Origin: a virus
Reading direction: 5' to 3' (one strand)
DNA: 61,382 nt
Virus record (IMG/VR): IMGVR_UViG_3300031673_000041
Span: 1-61,382 of that record
Shown here: one piece after another, positions 22,539 through 31,506 of the stretch
Numbering within the stretch: position 1 is the first letter of the stretch
Layout: the number at the start of each line of letters is the position of its first letter
Notes under the pieces: generated by a model
Databases searched by the model: none
What the model saw: only the letters and a program-made list of their open reading frames with translations
Told to the model about the DNA's origin: nothing
Made by a program: the position numbers and the translations under genes

Positions 22539-22780
22539 AAGATCCAGTGGGAATGCGAGAGAATGAATCATTCGAAGGGCGGCGCAAAAAATATAACAGA
22601 ATAAGAAAAGATCAAAGAGAAATGAGGCAAGCGTTTTTTGTTAAGTGGATCAAAGAAGGCAAAAGCAAGAGCCATGTGTATTCACTATTTATGAAAACTG
22701 GAATGACCGGGAAGAATCAAACACAAATTAGAAGTCAGTACAATTATTATAAAGACATGATTGACAGGGGATTGTTATAA
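22535..22780 (+). CDS. hypothetical basic protein (81 aa)
   Basis: ATGA overlap. Confidence 0.55.
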   Translation: MKDPVGMRENESFEGRRKKYNRIRKDQREMRQAFFVKWIKEGKSKSHVYSLFMKTGMTGKNQTQIRSQYNYYKDMIDRGLL

Positions 22781-22795
22781 TAATAGGAGCCAAAT

Positions 22796-23227
22796 ATGAA
22801 AAATTTAATTTTGATTTGTTTATTATTATTCGTATCTTATAGTTATGCAGGAATAAATAAAAACAAGGTGGCCATGATGCTCACGAGTTTTTCAGGATCT
22901 TATCTCGAATCTACAAAAGAGACAAACCAAAGAACGGACAAAGGGTATCATGAATATGCTTATGGCTCGAAGGTTTTACTTTTCGGGACAGGAGTATTGC
23001 TGGGTGTTGAGCATTCCAAGGATCACAGTCCTTTAATAACATTTAAAAACGCAGTGGCACTGACCCTGATGAATTGGGTTGTCTGGGAAATGAGGTATGA
23101 ATATCTAAAACCAGAAGCAGACACTTACAACGGATGGCCTTTTGACGGTAACTGGATCGACCCACAAATGACTTGGGTATGGGATATTGGAAGATTTTTA
23201 ATGGGATTTATTTTGTATTTAATGTGA
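22796..23227 (+). CDS. membrane protein with N-terminal signal sequence (143 aa)
   Basis: SD TAGGAGC upstream; MKNLILICLLLFVSYSYAG, then further hydrophobic segments. Confidence 0.65.
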   Translation: MKNLILICLLLFVSYSYAGINKNKVAMMLTSFSGSYLESTKETNQRTDKGYHEYAYGSKVLLFGTGVLLGVEHSKDHSPLITFKNAVALTLMNWVVWEMRYEYLKPEADTYNGWPFDGNWIDPQMTWVWDIGRFLMGFILYLM

Positions 23228-23234
23228 GGGAAAA

Positions 23235-23417
23235 GTGAAAATCAGAAAATGGCAAATAGTAAGAGTTGATAAAAATAATAATATTACTAAACGGTTAAAA
23301 TGTAAATGTTGCCGAAAATCTCAAGCAGAATTTATTATGGGACAACTGAAGAGGTTGCGGAATGGATTTGATCTTAGGGTTGTTCCCGTTATGACTGAAT
23401 GGATTGAGTGGGATTGA
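23235..23417 (+). CDS. hypothetical protein (60 aa)
   Basis: GTG start after GAGGGAAAA. Confidence 0.5.
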   Translation: MKIRKWQIVRVDKNNNITKRLKCKCCRKSQAEFIMGQLKRLRNGFDLRVVPVMTEWIEWD

Positions 23418-23638
23418 TGAGAGGAATAATACATATAAAAAGCGGGTCATACTTATTTAGAGATGATCATGGATATTCCCCGATTATTTTTGCTTGGGAT
23501 ATTCATGCGCCGATCGAGAATGATCGAGTTGTATGTAGTAAATGGGGGAAACTTCCCAAAAGATATATTGCAGAGTTTTTTAATATAGACAATCCACCGC
23601 AGACCGTTAGCTATCAACCATTATTGGGAGATATGTAA
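23417..23638 (+). CDS. hypothetical protein (73 aa)
   Basis: ATG overlapping the upstream TGA; a GTG at 23408 is an alternative start. Confidence 0.5.
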   Translation: MRGIIHIKSGSYLFRDDHGYSPIIFAWDIHAPIENDRVVCSKWGKLPKRYIAEFFNIDNPPQTVSYQPLLGDM

Positions 23639-23640
23639 TA

Positions 23641-24423
23641 GTGAAAGAACAGATAAAATTAAATAATTTATCTATTGAGGAAACCAATAATATTATACCG
23701 CCCCATATGATCATGCTCAATTATCGTGGATCAATAGCACATGGGACATATGTTCCCCAAGAGGACAAGGATTCTATCGATGATAAGGATATATTGGGAA
23801 TATGTTTTGCAGAACCCAATGTATATCTTGGGTTGCATAACTTTGAACAAAAAGAAAAGAAATATAAGGAATGGGATTCTGTTGTGTATGAGATTCGCAA
23901 AGCATTTCGATTGCTGTTAAAACAAAATCCAAATATTCTTAGTTTACTTTGGGTTGATGATATTCATAGAATTTATACATCAGAAGTAGGAAAACTACTT
24001 TTAGAAAACAGAGATATGTTTTCTTCCAAACAAGCATATCATTCATTCGTGGGCTACGCATATAGTCAGTTACATCGGATGGAGCATTGTAATTTTAATG
24101 GATACATGGGAGCTAAGAGAAAAGCATTGGTTGAACGATTCGGATTTGACGTAAAAAACGCTTGTCATCTTATTAGACTTCTTCGAATGGGGATTGAATT
24201 TTTAACAGAGGGGAGATTGATTATAGCGAGACCAGATGCAGAGGAACTAAAAGAAATTAAAAAAGGGAAATGGACATTACAACAAGTTAAAAAGGAATCT
24301 GATCATTTGTTTGATTTGGCAAAAGAAGCATATGTAAGATCAGACCTTCCACCCAGACCAGATTATTATAAAGCAGAAGAAATATTAATTAGTATCATAA
24401 GGAATTATTTGTATTTAATGTGA
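23641..24423 (+). CDS. Pol-beta-superfamily nucleotidyltransferase, RlaP (RNA-repair-associated) type
   Basis: YRGSIAHGTYVPQEDKDSIDDKDILGI (GS...D.D) and VVYEIRKAFRLLLKQNPNILSLLW match the RlaP/Nuc-transf pattern. Confidence 0.65.
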   Translation: MKEQIKLNNLSIEETNNIIPPHMIMLNYRGSIAHGTYVPQEDKDSIDDKDILGICFAEPNVYLGLHNFEQKEKKYKEWDSVVYEIRKAFRLLLKQNPNILSLLWVDDIHRIYTSEVGKLLLENRDMFSSKQAYHSFVGYAYSQLHRMEHCNFNGYMGAKRKALVERFGFDVKNACHLIRLLRMGIEFLTEGRLIIARPDAEELKEIKKGKWTLQQVKKESDHLFDLAKEAYVRSDLPPRPDYYKAEEILISIIRNYLYLM

Positions 24424-24425
24424 GA

Positions 24426-24532
24426 AGGATGATAGCTTATTGGAAGAGCATGTGCACAAATCCCGGGTGGAAACAATTAGAAACAAGTTCCTGGTGGAAA
24501 CGCAGGTAATGGTTCGAATCCATTTCATCCCA
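24426..24532 (+). ncRNA. tRNA-like element (canonical D-arm, T-arm and acceptor pairing, aberrant 57-nt centre)
   Basis: Acceptor: AGGATGA (24426-32) pairs with TCATCC (24525-30). D-arm: GCTT-ATTGGAA-GAGC. T-arm: AATGG-TTCGAAT-CCATT (24507-24523, by block count). No 5-bp/7-nt anticodon arm could be drawn. The centre holds a direct repeat, TCCCGGGTGGAAAC / TTCCTGGTGGAAAC. Confidence 0.3.
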
Positions 24533-24564
24533 CTCACAATATTTAATGTAAGGGGAAAGTAATC

Positions 24565-24780
24565 ATGGGAGTATTAAATTGTGATAGAGGTAATTGTGGC
24601 AGTCTTTTGGTCGAGAGATATTCAGACAATTATGGATGTATATGCAAAGAATGTTTTGAGGAGTTAATAAATTCTAACCTTACAAATATTGGAATTTTCA
24701 TGAATAGCCCAAGGGGATCATTTAGCGATTATAAAATATCAACTCGCACAAGATTGGAGAGAATATTCAAGAAGTTATAA
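24565..24780 (+). CDS. small zinc-binding protein (71 aa)
   Basis: SD AAGGGGAAAG upstream; CDRGNC ... CICKEC. Confidence 0.6.
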   Translation: MGVLNCDRGNCGSLLVERYSDNYGCICKECFEELINSNLTNIGIFMNSPRGSFSDYKISTRTRLERIFKKL

Positions 24781-24804
24781 ATTATACAGGAGGGAAATTA
24801 TAAC

Positions 24805-24978
24805 ATGGAATGCAAACATAATTATTTTCCACTAAATCCCGGACAAACATATGATAAAATAGCGAAAGATGAGGATGGCAATAGAACTTGTCTGCACTAT
24901 GAATGCAACTCATATGCCATGCTTTTCTGTACGAAGTGTGGAACAACAAAAGAAGTGATTGCAAAGGAATTGGAATAA
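24805..24978 (+). CDS. small zinc-ribbon protein (57 aa)
   Basis: SD CAGGAGGGA upstream; C..H...C ... CTKCG; below the track cutoff. Confidence 0.5.
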   Translation: MECKHNYFPLNPGQTYDKIAKDEDGNRTCLHYECNSYAMLFCTKCGTTKEVIAKELE

Positions 24979-24998
24979 TAGAGGAAATAGCAAAGGGA

Positions 24999-25133
24999 AT
25001 GTACGAATATTGCAAATTAATAAAAAAGATATGTCCACTATGTAGTGATGATGGAAAACATTGTGGACAACAGACAGGGGAAAATGAAATATTTAAAATG
25101 AAGAAATGTCCGAGGGAGAAACAAAGAAAATGA
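24999..25133 (+). CDS. small Cys-rich protein (44 aa)
   Basis: internal ATG of track ORF 24903..25133 after AAAGGGA; CPLC ... C. Confidence 0.4.
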   Translation: MYEYCKLIKKICPLCSDDGKHCGQQTGENEIFKMKKCPREKQRK

Positions 25134-25561
25134 AATACTGTGAAGAGATTGTGGTACAATTAGAGGAAGCAATCAAGTCTGGACTTTCAGATAAAAAGTC
25201 TTGTGATTTAGTGGGTATTAATAAAGTAACGTTCTATCGATGGCAAAACAAATACTTACAAGATGATAAAACACCGAATCCTGTTTATAAAAGCAACTTA
25301 AGCAACCGGTTAAAAAAAGCACGAGCGGAAAAGTGCAAACTCTATGCTGAGATGATTAAAACTGCAGGCATAGGGGAATTTGAAGCGACTTGTCCGCATT
25401 GTAATGAAAAGCATATAATTAAACTTCCACAGAAACAATGGCAAGCGATAGCATGGTTAGCAGAGCGGACAGAGTTCGATGAATTTGGAGCAAGACAGAA
25501 GATCGATAGCAATATTGCAGTCAAGGGGCCAATTGAGGTTATCGTAAAAGATGACAGATAA
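25130..25561 (+). CDS. terS: terminase small subunit candidate (HTH)
   Basis: ATGA overlap. N-terminal HTH-like AIKSGLSDKKSCDLVGINKVTFYRWQNKY. Sits immediately upstream of terL and overlaps it. Confidence 0.6.
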   Translation: MKYCEEIVVQLEEAIKSGLSDKKSCDLVGINKVTFYRWQNKYLQDDKTPNPVYKSNLSNRLKKARAEKCKLYAEMIKTAGIGEFEATCPHCNEKHIIKLPQKQWQAIAWLAERTEFDEFGARQKIDSNIAVKGPIEVIVKDDR

Positions 25562-26834
25562 TTTTGGCAATATAGCTCATTTCCGAAAGCCGCATGATAA
25601 GCAGGTAGAATTTATTGACAGTAAGGCGAAGAGGAAAATAATACGAGCAGGTAGAAGATCGGGGAAAACTGTTGGTGTTGCAGATTTAGCGGGTCGCCGG
25701 TTTATATATGATAAACAGCGCATATTATATGCTGCACCTACAGACGATCAGGTCAGTCGTTTTTGGCATGAAATAGTGAGTACATTTTGGGAGTTAATTG
25801 AATCGAATATATTATATAAAAATGAGACTAAGCATATCCTTGAAGTGCAAGGGACGGAACAGCGCATACGTGCAAAGACCGCCTGGAATGCTGATACATT
25901 GAGGGGGGATTATGCCGATCTTCTTATTCTTGATGAATGGCAATTAATGAATGAGGACGCATGGGGACTTGTCGGTGCACCAATGTTATTGGATAATGAT
26001 GGTGATGCAATATTTATTTATACGCCTCCGTCGATCAGAACAAGAAGTGTTACAAAGGCATACGATCCACAACATGCCGCTAAATTATTTAAAAAAGCGA
26101 AAGCAGATACTACAGGACGATGGGAAGCTTTTAGTTTTACCAGTCATGAGAATCCACATATCAGCGAAAATGCTTTGCAGGAAATAACACAAGATATGAC
26201 TTCTTTGGCGTATCAACAGGAAATAATGGCGGAGGATATTGAGGAAGTACCAGGGGCATTGTGGACAGTTGAAATGATTACAAAGGCATATATAGAAACA
26301 GCCCCAAAACTTAGGAAGGTAGTTGTTGGTGTTGATCCACAAGGGCGAAATATTAAATCAGCAGAGACGGGAATAGTTGTAATGGGACTTGGGGAAGATG
26401 ATTTGCATGGTTATGTATTGGCGGATAAATCGATCAATGCACGACCCGAAGGATGGGGAAGGCAGGTTGTAGAGGCATATCATGAATGGGAGGCAAATTA
26501 TGTCGTGGCAGAATCAAATTACGGTGGAGAGATGGTTGAAAGTGTTATCAAGGCAGTAGACAAAGACGTGCCCGTTAAATTGGTTCACGCGAGCAGGGGG
26601 AAGATTGTTCGGGCAGATCCGATTTCGGCAAAATACGAAAAAGGACTTATTCATCATGTTGGAAGTTTCCCCAAATTAGAAAATGAAATGTTAACATATA
26701 TAGGTGACCCAAGATGGAGCCCAAACCGATTAGATGCTTTAGTATGGGCAGGGACTTATTTAATGTTAAAGTATAGAGGACATTCGGACGGATTTATTTT
26801 AGTTGAAAGAGAAACAGAGGCGTTACCATTTTAA
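25551..26834 (+). CDS. terL: terminase large subunit
   Basis: Walker A AGRRSGKT, Walker B DLLILDEWQ, C-terminal RNaseH-like nuclease region (VVGVDPQG ... YVVAESNYGG ... D). Confidence 0.9.
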   Translation: MTDNFGNIAHFRKPHDKQVEFIDSKAKRKIIRAGRRSGKTVGVADLAGRRFIYDKQRILYAAPTDDQVSRFWHEIVSTFWELIESNILYKNETKHILEVQGTEQRIRAKTAWNADTLRGDYADLLILDEWQLMNEDAWGLVGAPMLLDNDGDAIFIYTPPSIRTRSVTKAYDPQHAAKLFKKAKADTTGRWEAFSFTSHENPHISENALQEITQDMTSLAYQQEIMAEDIEEVPGALWTVEMITKAYIETAPKLRKVVVGVDPQGRNIKSAETGIVVMGLGEDDLHGYVLADKSINARPEGWGRQVVEAYHEWEANYVVAESNYGGEMVESVIKAVDKDVPVKLVHASRGKIVRADPISAKYEKGLIHHVGSFPKLENEMLTYIGDPRWSPNRLDALVWAGTYLMLKYRGHSDGFILVERETEALPF

Positions 26835-26845
26835 GGAGGGAGAGC

Positions 26846-27070
26846 ATGAATAATGACATTAAAAAAAAATTAGATGAACTTGAAGTAAGAATTGGTCGAA
26901 TCGAGTTATTAGTAGATGATGGATATACACATCGATGTCCTATTTGTGGAAGGGGATTGTTAAGATTAGGACACAACCAGAAAGATAGATGTGATGAATG
27001 TTATTCGGAAGTCAGGCAGCAGGGAAATGGATTTTTTATTGAAACAATAGCTTCGGATTATGAAATATAA
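26846..27070 (+). CDS. small zinc-ribbon protein (74 aa)
   Basis: SD AAGGAGGGAG upstream; CPICG ... CDEC. Confidence 0.6.
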   Translation: MNNDIKKKLDELEVRIGRIELLVDDGYTHRCPICGRGLLRLGHNQKDRCDECYSEVRQQGNGFFIETIASDYEI

Positions 27071-27582
27071 TGAACTGGCAATATGTAGAAATGACAGAGA
27101 AAGCTGATCCATTTTATAAATGGTACCCAGTAAGTGAAGGCGATCAATACATCCAGAGAAAGTATATCGCAGAGCCAGTCACTTATGTGGCAGCACTGCA
27201 TTTTGAGACAGCAAATTTCAGGTGGATTCAGGAGCATACGGTTGTTAATTTATCAAAGAAGCTCAATAAAAACCTTGATGAATTTCTGTATATTCCTGAT
27301 GTTCGATTTTGGCGCAGGCAGATAGGGGAAAATAATTTCGGAATCGCAGAGGTATTGGAAGGATTTATTGAATGGACACAGAACTTCTACTATGAACGAA
27401 ACGAAAGTCTATCTAATGACCAGATAACAATAGTCGGAGCAAGCGGTAACCGTAACACACTTAACACAAAAGATCCGCTCCAACTATTTACATCTCACGA
27501 AGCAATGTGGCAGGCATACTATATGCAGAGAATTCATAATAGGATTTGGAACGGAGAAGATTATATTGAAAGGGGAAAATAA
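27070..27582 (+). CDS. hypothetical protein (170 aa), paralog-like with 27582..28025
   Basis: TAATG overlap; Trp-rich; C-terminal LFTSHEAMWQAYYMQRIHNRIWNGE resembles the next gene's C-terminus. Confidence 0.65.
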   Translation: MNWQYVEMTEKADPFYKWYPVSEGDQYIQRKYIAEPVTYVAALHFETANFRWIQEHTVVNLSKKLNKNLDEFLYIPDVRFWRRQIGENNFGIAEVLEGFIEWTQNFYYERNESLSNDQITIVGASGNRNTLNTKDPLQLFTSHEAMWQAYYMQRIHNRIWNGEDYIERGK

Positions 27583-28025
27583 TGGACACTACAGAAACTT
27601 ACATCAAGATGAACCGAGAGGCTAAAGAGATACAGAAATTATGGAAGCCACAAGAAGGGGATAAGTTTCAAGGGATTCGAGGATATTATTCGGGAAAGTT
27701 CGAAAATAGAATTGAGACTTTTTCTGACTGTAGCGATCCATATTATGGTAGCATACCAGATGGGTGGGAATCAATACATGATGGTGAACCCGGATGGAGT
27801 TATAAAACGCAATCTATTTGGCTTCCCCGTCAAGATCAATTACAGGAGATGCTTGGGGAACATGGATTACAAACAATATGCGCAGAAATATACCAATTTT
27901 CAACATCTGAATATGGATCACGATTTGCTATGTATGGTTCTATGGAACAACTCTGGCTGGCATTTGTGATGAAGGAAAAATTCGGGAAACGATGGACAGG
28001 AAAAACATGGGAGAAAATAAAATGA
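27582..28025 (+). CDS. hypothetical protein (147 aa)
   Basis: TAATG overlap; IWLPRQDQLQEML ... MEQLWLAFVMKEKFGKRWTGKTW. Confidence 0.65.
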   Translation: MDTTETYIKMNREAKEIQKLWKPQEGDKFQGIRGYYSGKFENRIETFSDCSDPYYGSIPDGWESIHDGEPGWSYKTQSIWLPRQDQLQEMLGEHGLQTICAEIYQFSTSEYGSRFAMYGSMEQLWLAFVMKEKFGKRWTGKTWEKIK

Positions 28026-28070
28026 AAAAGATTGATGTATTAATGATCGTGTCTATTTTTATAGGATAAA

Positions 28071-28436
28071 ATGAACCAGAGAATTGAAATCATGGACGGG
28101 TTTACGTTGGTTATTCAGAAGCGAGGGTATTCTTATGTGGTATCTGGCAAACGCCGGATCGGGCGGAATGTCCCATTTGGGAAACTCCCCTTGCACATTA
28201 TTGATTTAATTAATGTTAGTTTTTTGCCGTTATATATCAGGGTGTACAAATACATGATCGGAAAGGGAACCTGGGTTACACGAAAAGAGTTAATGGAAAA
28301 GTTCAATATGAGTTACGGTTCTACAGATGGGCCGATAATAAGCTTGTCTAAATATGATCTCATTAAAAAATCAAAGTCGAGGTATTCTAAGACGGTATAC
28401 TACAAGGCAAAGATAATGGAGGTAAAAAATGCCTGA
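28071..28436 (+). CDS. hypothetical protein, possible winged-helix (121 aa)
   Basis: weak SD AGGA; WVTRKELMEKFNMSYGSTDGPIISLSKYDLIKK. Confidence 0.5.
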   Translation: MNQRIEIMDGFTLVIQKRGYSYVVSGKRRIGRNVPFGKLPLHIIDLINVSFLPLYIRVYKYMIGKGTWVTRKELMEKFNMSYGSTDGPIISLSKYDLIKKSKSRYSKTVYYKAKIMEVKNA

Positions 28437-28725
28437 AAAAATAACAGCTAATGCGCACCCCGGATTAATGACAGCAAGGGATGCCAGGGCACTATCTTAT
28501 GCACGACATAACAAGGGGGTAGAATATATACTGGCGCAAATCCGAACCGCTGCGGTCATGGCTGATTCTGAAAATCCGGAGATGATGCTGAAGGTTCCAT
28601 TTTCTGTCGACAGAACAGACACGATTGGCAAGAACGAATTTTTAAGGTGTATACCAACGCTCATAATATTAGGGTATGAGGTTAAGTTGGATAAGGACAA
28701 AAAGCGCTGGACGATAAGGTGGTGA
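28429..28725 (+). CDS. hypothetical protein (98 aa)
   Basis: SD TGGAGGT upstream. Confidence 0.6.
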   Translation: MPEKITANAHPGLMTARDARALSYARHNKGVEYILAQIRTAAVMADSENPEMMLKVPFSVDRTDTIGKNEFLRCIPTLIILGYEVKLDKDKKRWTIRW

Positions 28726-28751
28726 ACGATTAGAAAGAAAGGGTTTTGATA

Positions 28752-29081
28752 ATGACAAAAGAAGAATGCATACAACAAATCGAAGTTATTTGCAGTGAAT
28801 ATAAATATGGTCAGTTGTCAAGTAGCGAGGTTCATCAAGCTATATCATATTATATTAATAATATTAGCATGGAGCAATCAGATGGATTTAACCAATGGTA
28901 TGGTAAAGATAAATTCCCGGAAAACTGCAAAGAGGTATTGGCGTGTATGGATGAAGATCAAATCTATATAATAGCCAAATACGAAGAAGGCCAATGGTTT
29001 GAGTCAAGCGAGGGGGTTTCATTAAAAAGACGTGTTACTCATTGGATGCCATTACCAGCCTTGACAAAAAAAACTTCTTGA
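28752..29081 (+). CDS. DUF551-like protein
   Basis: C-terminal ...QWFESSEG...VTHWMPLPALTKK resembles the DUF551 signature (W...THWMPLP). Confidence 0.55.
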   Translation: MTKEECIQQIEVICSEYKYGQLSSSEVHQAISYYINNISMEQSDGFNQWYGKDKFPENCKEVLACMDEDQIYIIAKYEEGQWFESSEGVSLKRRVTHWMPLPALTKKTS

Positions 29082-29106
29082 CATTGTGAAAAAAAGTTCG
29101 TATAAT
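29078..29106 (+). promoter_or_regulatory. perfect-consensus sigma70 promoter upstream of the portal region
   Basis: TTGACA (29078-29083), 17-nt spacer, TATAAT (29101-29106). Confidence 0.7.
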
Positions 29107-29151
29107 AAACTATCTAAAAACCGAAAGGTTCTTAAATATGAATCATAAAAT

Positions 29152-29343
29152 ATGATATCAAAATGCTCTAAAAAACTCCCAAAACGTATTCCTCTTAATC
29201 GGGCACGAAAATTAGTGGCTGATTATTTATGCCCTCATCCTTTGAATGACCTGACCGATGACTTATATGAGACAATGACCTCCGAAAGTAATATTGACCA
29301 GCGACTCGCCTTTGGGTTTGCTATGATCGATCAGGAGAGTTAA
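29152..29343 (+). CDS. hypothetical protein (63 aa)
   Basis: first ORF after the consensus promoter; weak SD. Confidence 0.5.
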   Translation: MISKCSKKLPKRIPLNRARKLVADYLCPHPLNDLTDDLYETMTSESNIDQRLAFGFAMIDQES

Positions 29344-29346
29344 CCG

Positions 29347-30753
29347 ATGAAGCGCAAGACAAATCTTTTTAAAAGACTTTTTGGAAAACAATCAGCACAG
29401 CCAAAGACGGAAAACTCCTTGGCGCAGATTCGAGATTCATTCGCACATCCGTTCAGCGATATACTCGGCGGCTATATTGCATTAAATCATAATCTAAGAA
29501 TGTTCAAAATGATCCGGGAAGCCATCCCATTTATAAATATAGGAATTCTGAAGCGCACTAAATTAATCGGTGACTATCAGTTTGAAACGTATGGCAATAA
29601 TGCTCTGAAGGAGAAGTTGGACGACTTCAAGGATAAGATTAGAATCATTAACCAATTAACATCCGGGCTAAATACGTTCATAGCAGAGAACGCAGATTCC
29701 ACATTTGCGACCGGCTATTGTGCCAGTGAAATAGTTCCCACGAGAACGCTATCGGATGTGTACGGATTGAAGGTAGCGAATTCCGAAGATATTACATTTA
29801 TGAAAAACAAAGAGACAAAACAGCTTGAGCTTGCAATGAGATCCGATATACACTGGCAGCCAATTCCATTTGAAAATCAGGACTTGATTAATTATTTAGC
29901 ATTCGACCAAAGAGAGGGACACCCGCAAGGATATTCATTACTGTATGCGCTTCCATTTATTGCGCAGGTTATTATAACGATGGAGCAGTCATGGAAAAAT
30001 GCAACATGGAGAATCGGAGATCCCACCTATATTGGGATGGTTACTGCGGGAGATGAGGGTGATGATGAAGAGGCTACAAGCCTTAAAAATAGCTTAGCTG
30101 CTCAAATGAAGGTAGCAATGAAGGCAAGAAATCTTGGAAAAACATACGATATATTTGGTTCTATCAGTAAGGGCGGAAAGGTTGAGATTGAGACTCTTGG
30201 AGCAGATGGGGATGTATTGACAAACGAGATTCCAGTAAGGACATTGTTTGAACAGGTAATCGCAGAAATAGATATTCCGCCTCACATGCTTGGTGTATCA
30301 TGGTCGGCACGTCAAACAATGGCAAGAGAACAAAGTGATATGCTAATTTCAAATATTAAATCAGAGCGGAAGAAAATAAAAAACAATTTAGTTGGCAGGG
30401 TGATTGATACCTTTCTAATCTTAACAGGTGATGCTGGAAAAAAGTGGGACATTATTTGGGATGACGTTAATCTGATGGATGAAGAAAATCAAGCAAAGGC
30501 CGGTCTGTGGGACGCTACGAGAGTATTGAAAGTCATTGAAGCCACTGTTCAGTTATTGGAAATGGGTTTTACTGATCCACCTGGGGCGGAAGTATATTTG
30601 CAGGAAGAAGGAGTTCTCAAGGGGAAAGCTCCGAAGGGCTGGTACAAGTCATTTCAGGGACGCAGGATGGTGGAGCAAATGGCGTTATCATTTTATAATG
30701 AGCGGAAAAATGGGAAAGCGAAAAAGATCGTATTCCCAGTGAGTGTATCATAA
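29347..30753 (+). CDS. portal protein
   Basis: 468 aa, SD CAGGAGAG upstream. Its position is downstream of terL and upstream of the Mu-F-like head morphogenesis gene. The call rests on size and position. Confidence 0.7.
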   Translation: MKRKTNLFKRLFGKQSAQPKTENSLAQIRDSFAHPFSDILGGYIALNHNLRMFKMIREAIPFINIGILKRTKLIGDYQFETYGNNALKEKLDDFKDKIRIINQLTSGLNTFIAENADSTFATGYCASEIVPTRTLSDVYGLKVANSEDITFMKNKETKQLELAMRSDIHWQPIPFENQDLINYLAFDQREGHPQGYSLLYALPFIAQVIITMEQSWKNATWRIGDPTYIGMVTAGDEGDDEEATSLKNSLAAQMKVAMKARNLGKTYDIFGSISKGGKVEIETLGADGDVLTNEIPVRTLFEQVIAEIDIPPHMLGVSWSARQTMAREQSDMLISNIKSERKKIKNNLVGRVIDTFLILTGDAGKKWDIIWDDVNLMDEENQAKAGLWDATRVLKVIEATVQLLEMGFTDPPGAEVYLQEEGVLKGKAPKGWYKSFQGRRMVEQMALSFYNERKNGKAKKIVFPVSVS

Positions 30754-30778
30754 AAGAGAAATGAGACAGGAGTCAATC

Positions 30779-31099
30779 ATGGAAAAGCCAGAAGTTAGAA
30801 AAATGACCGATGATGAAGTTGCGCAGGAATTAATCGAGATGGCTAATAATCAGGTAATCTTACCTCGTGTTCAAGAGTTATTTTTGCGAGCAGCAAGTAT
30901 CATCAGAAAACGTGGGGAAGGCGAAGAGAAGTTAGCAAAAAGAGGTATGTTAAAGGGGGCATTAGAAGCCGAGATATATATAGCTATTGAAAAGTTTGAA
31001 CTGGAAACAAATGTATGTGTAGACGAAATTTTTATATCTCATCTTGAAGGATATGTGGAGACTCCATTGGAAGTTGTGAAGATTAAGTATAGCGAATAA
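30779..31099 (+). CDS. hypothetical protein (106 aa)
   Basis: internal ATG of track ORF 30743..31099, preceded by ACAGGAG. Confidence 0.6.
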   Translation: MEKPEVRKMTDDEVAQELIEMANNQVILPRVQELFLRAASIIRKRGEGEEKLAKRGMLKGALEAEIYIAIEKFELETNVCVDEIFISHLEGYVETPLEVVKIKYSE

Positions 31100-31111
31100 T
31101 AGGGATCAATC

Positions 31112-31312
31112 ATGGATATAGAAGAAGTAAAGAAATTAAAGAAAAAACTTGAAGAAGTGATGGCGGGAGCGTGTGATGATTTTGAAGAGCAAACGGAGAC
31201 GACAATTTGTGGAATTTCTCTGAGGGATAGAGGGGCAATAATGGCAAGTGATTCATCGGGGAATATTACCTTGACATCGATTTATGTTAAAATTGATGTG
31301 GGGATATTATGA
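31112..31312 (+). CDS. hypothetical protein (66 aa)
   Basis: SD TAGGGA upstream. Confidence 0.55.
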   Translation: MDIEEVKKLKKKLEEVMAGACDDFEEQTETTICGISLRDRGAIMASDSSGNITLTSIYVKIDVGIL

Positions 31313-31506
31313 ATAGTCGTTGTTCTAAATGTGGTACTGGCAAAAACAAAGATGGGACGTTTACCTTGCCTAAAGACTGGCCAATTAATGATAAGTGTAA
31401 GGAATGTGAAAAGAGATCACGTATTAGAATGTTCAAGTTGGGTCAGTCGTGGAGAAAAGAACAAGACAATAGAATACTTAAAACATTAGTAAGTGGAACA
31501 ATATGA
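31309..31506 (+). CDS. small zinc-ribbon protein (65 aa)
   Basis: ATGA overlap; CSKCG ... CKEC. Confidence 0.55.
   Translation: MNSRCSKCGTGKNKDGTFTLPKDWPINDKCKECEKRSRIRMFKLGQSWRKEQDNRILKTLVSGTI

Noticed and set aside
24426-24532. Calling this a bona fide tRNA gene with an assigned anticodon
   Set aside because: I tested every 17-nt window of the 57-nt central region for a 5-bp stem with a 7-nt loop. Only CCTG(G)-TGGAAAC-(G)CAGG comes close. It has a G-G mismatch, lacks U33 and leaves no variable region. It is kept only as a tRNA-like element.
24506-24540. tRNA 3'-half as an attP core for integration into a host tRNA gene
   Set aside because: No tyrosine or serine recombinase, excisionase or CI-like repressor is recognisable anywhere in the genome. 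A matching 5' acceptor strand and D-arm are also present, which an attP core would not need.
26820-26834. TerL ending in ...EALPF and the tape measure ending in ...GSPF, as further SSB-tip mimics like DYDDLPF at 7306
   Set aside because: Neither has the preceding acidic run or a flexible P/Q-rich linker. A shared terminal PF is most likely coincidence.
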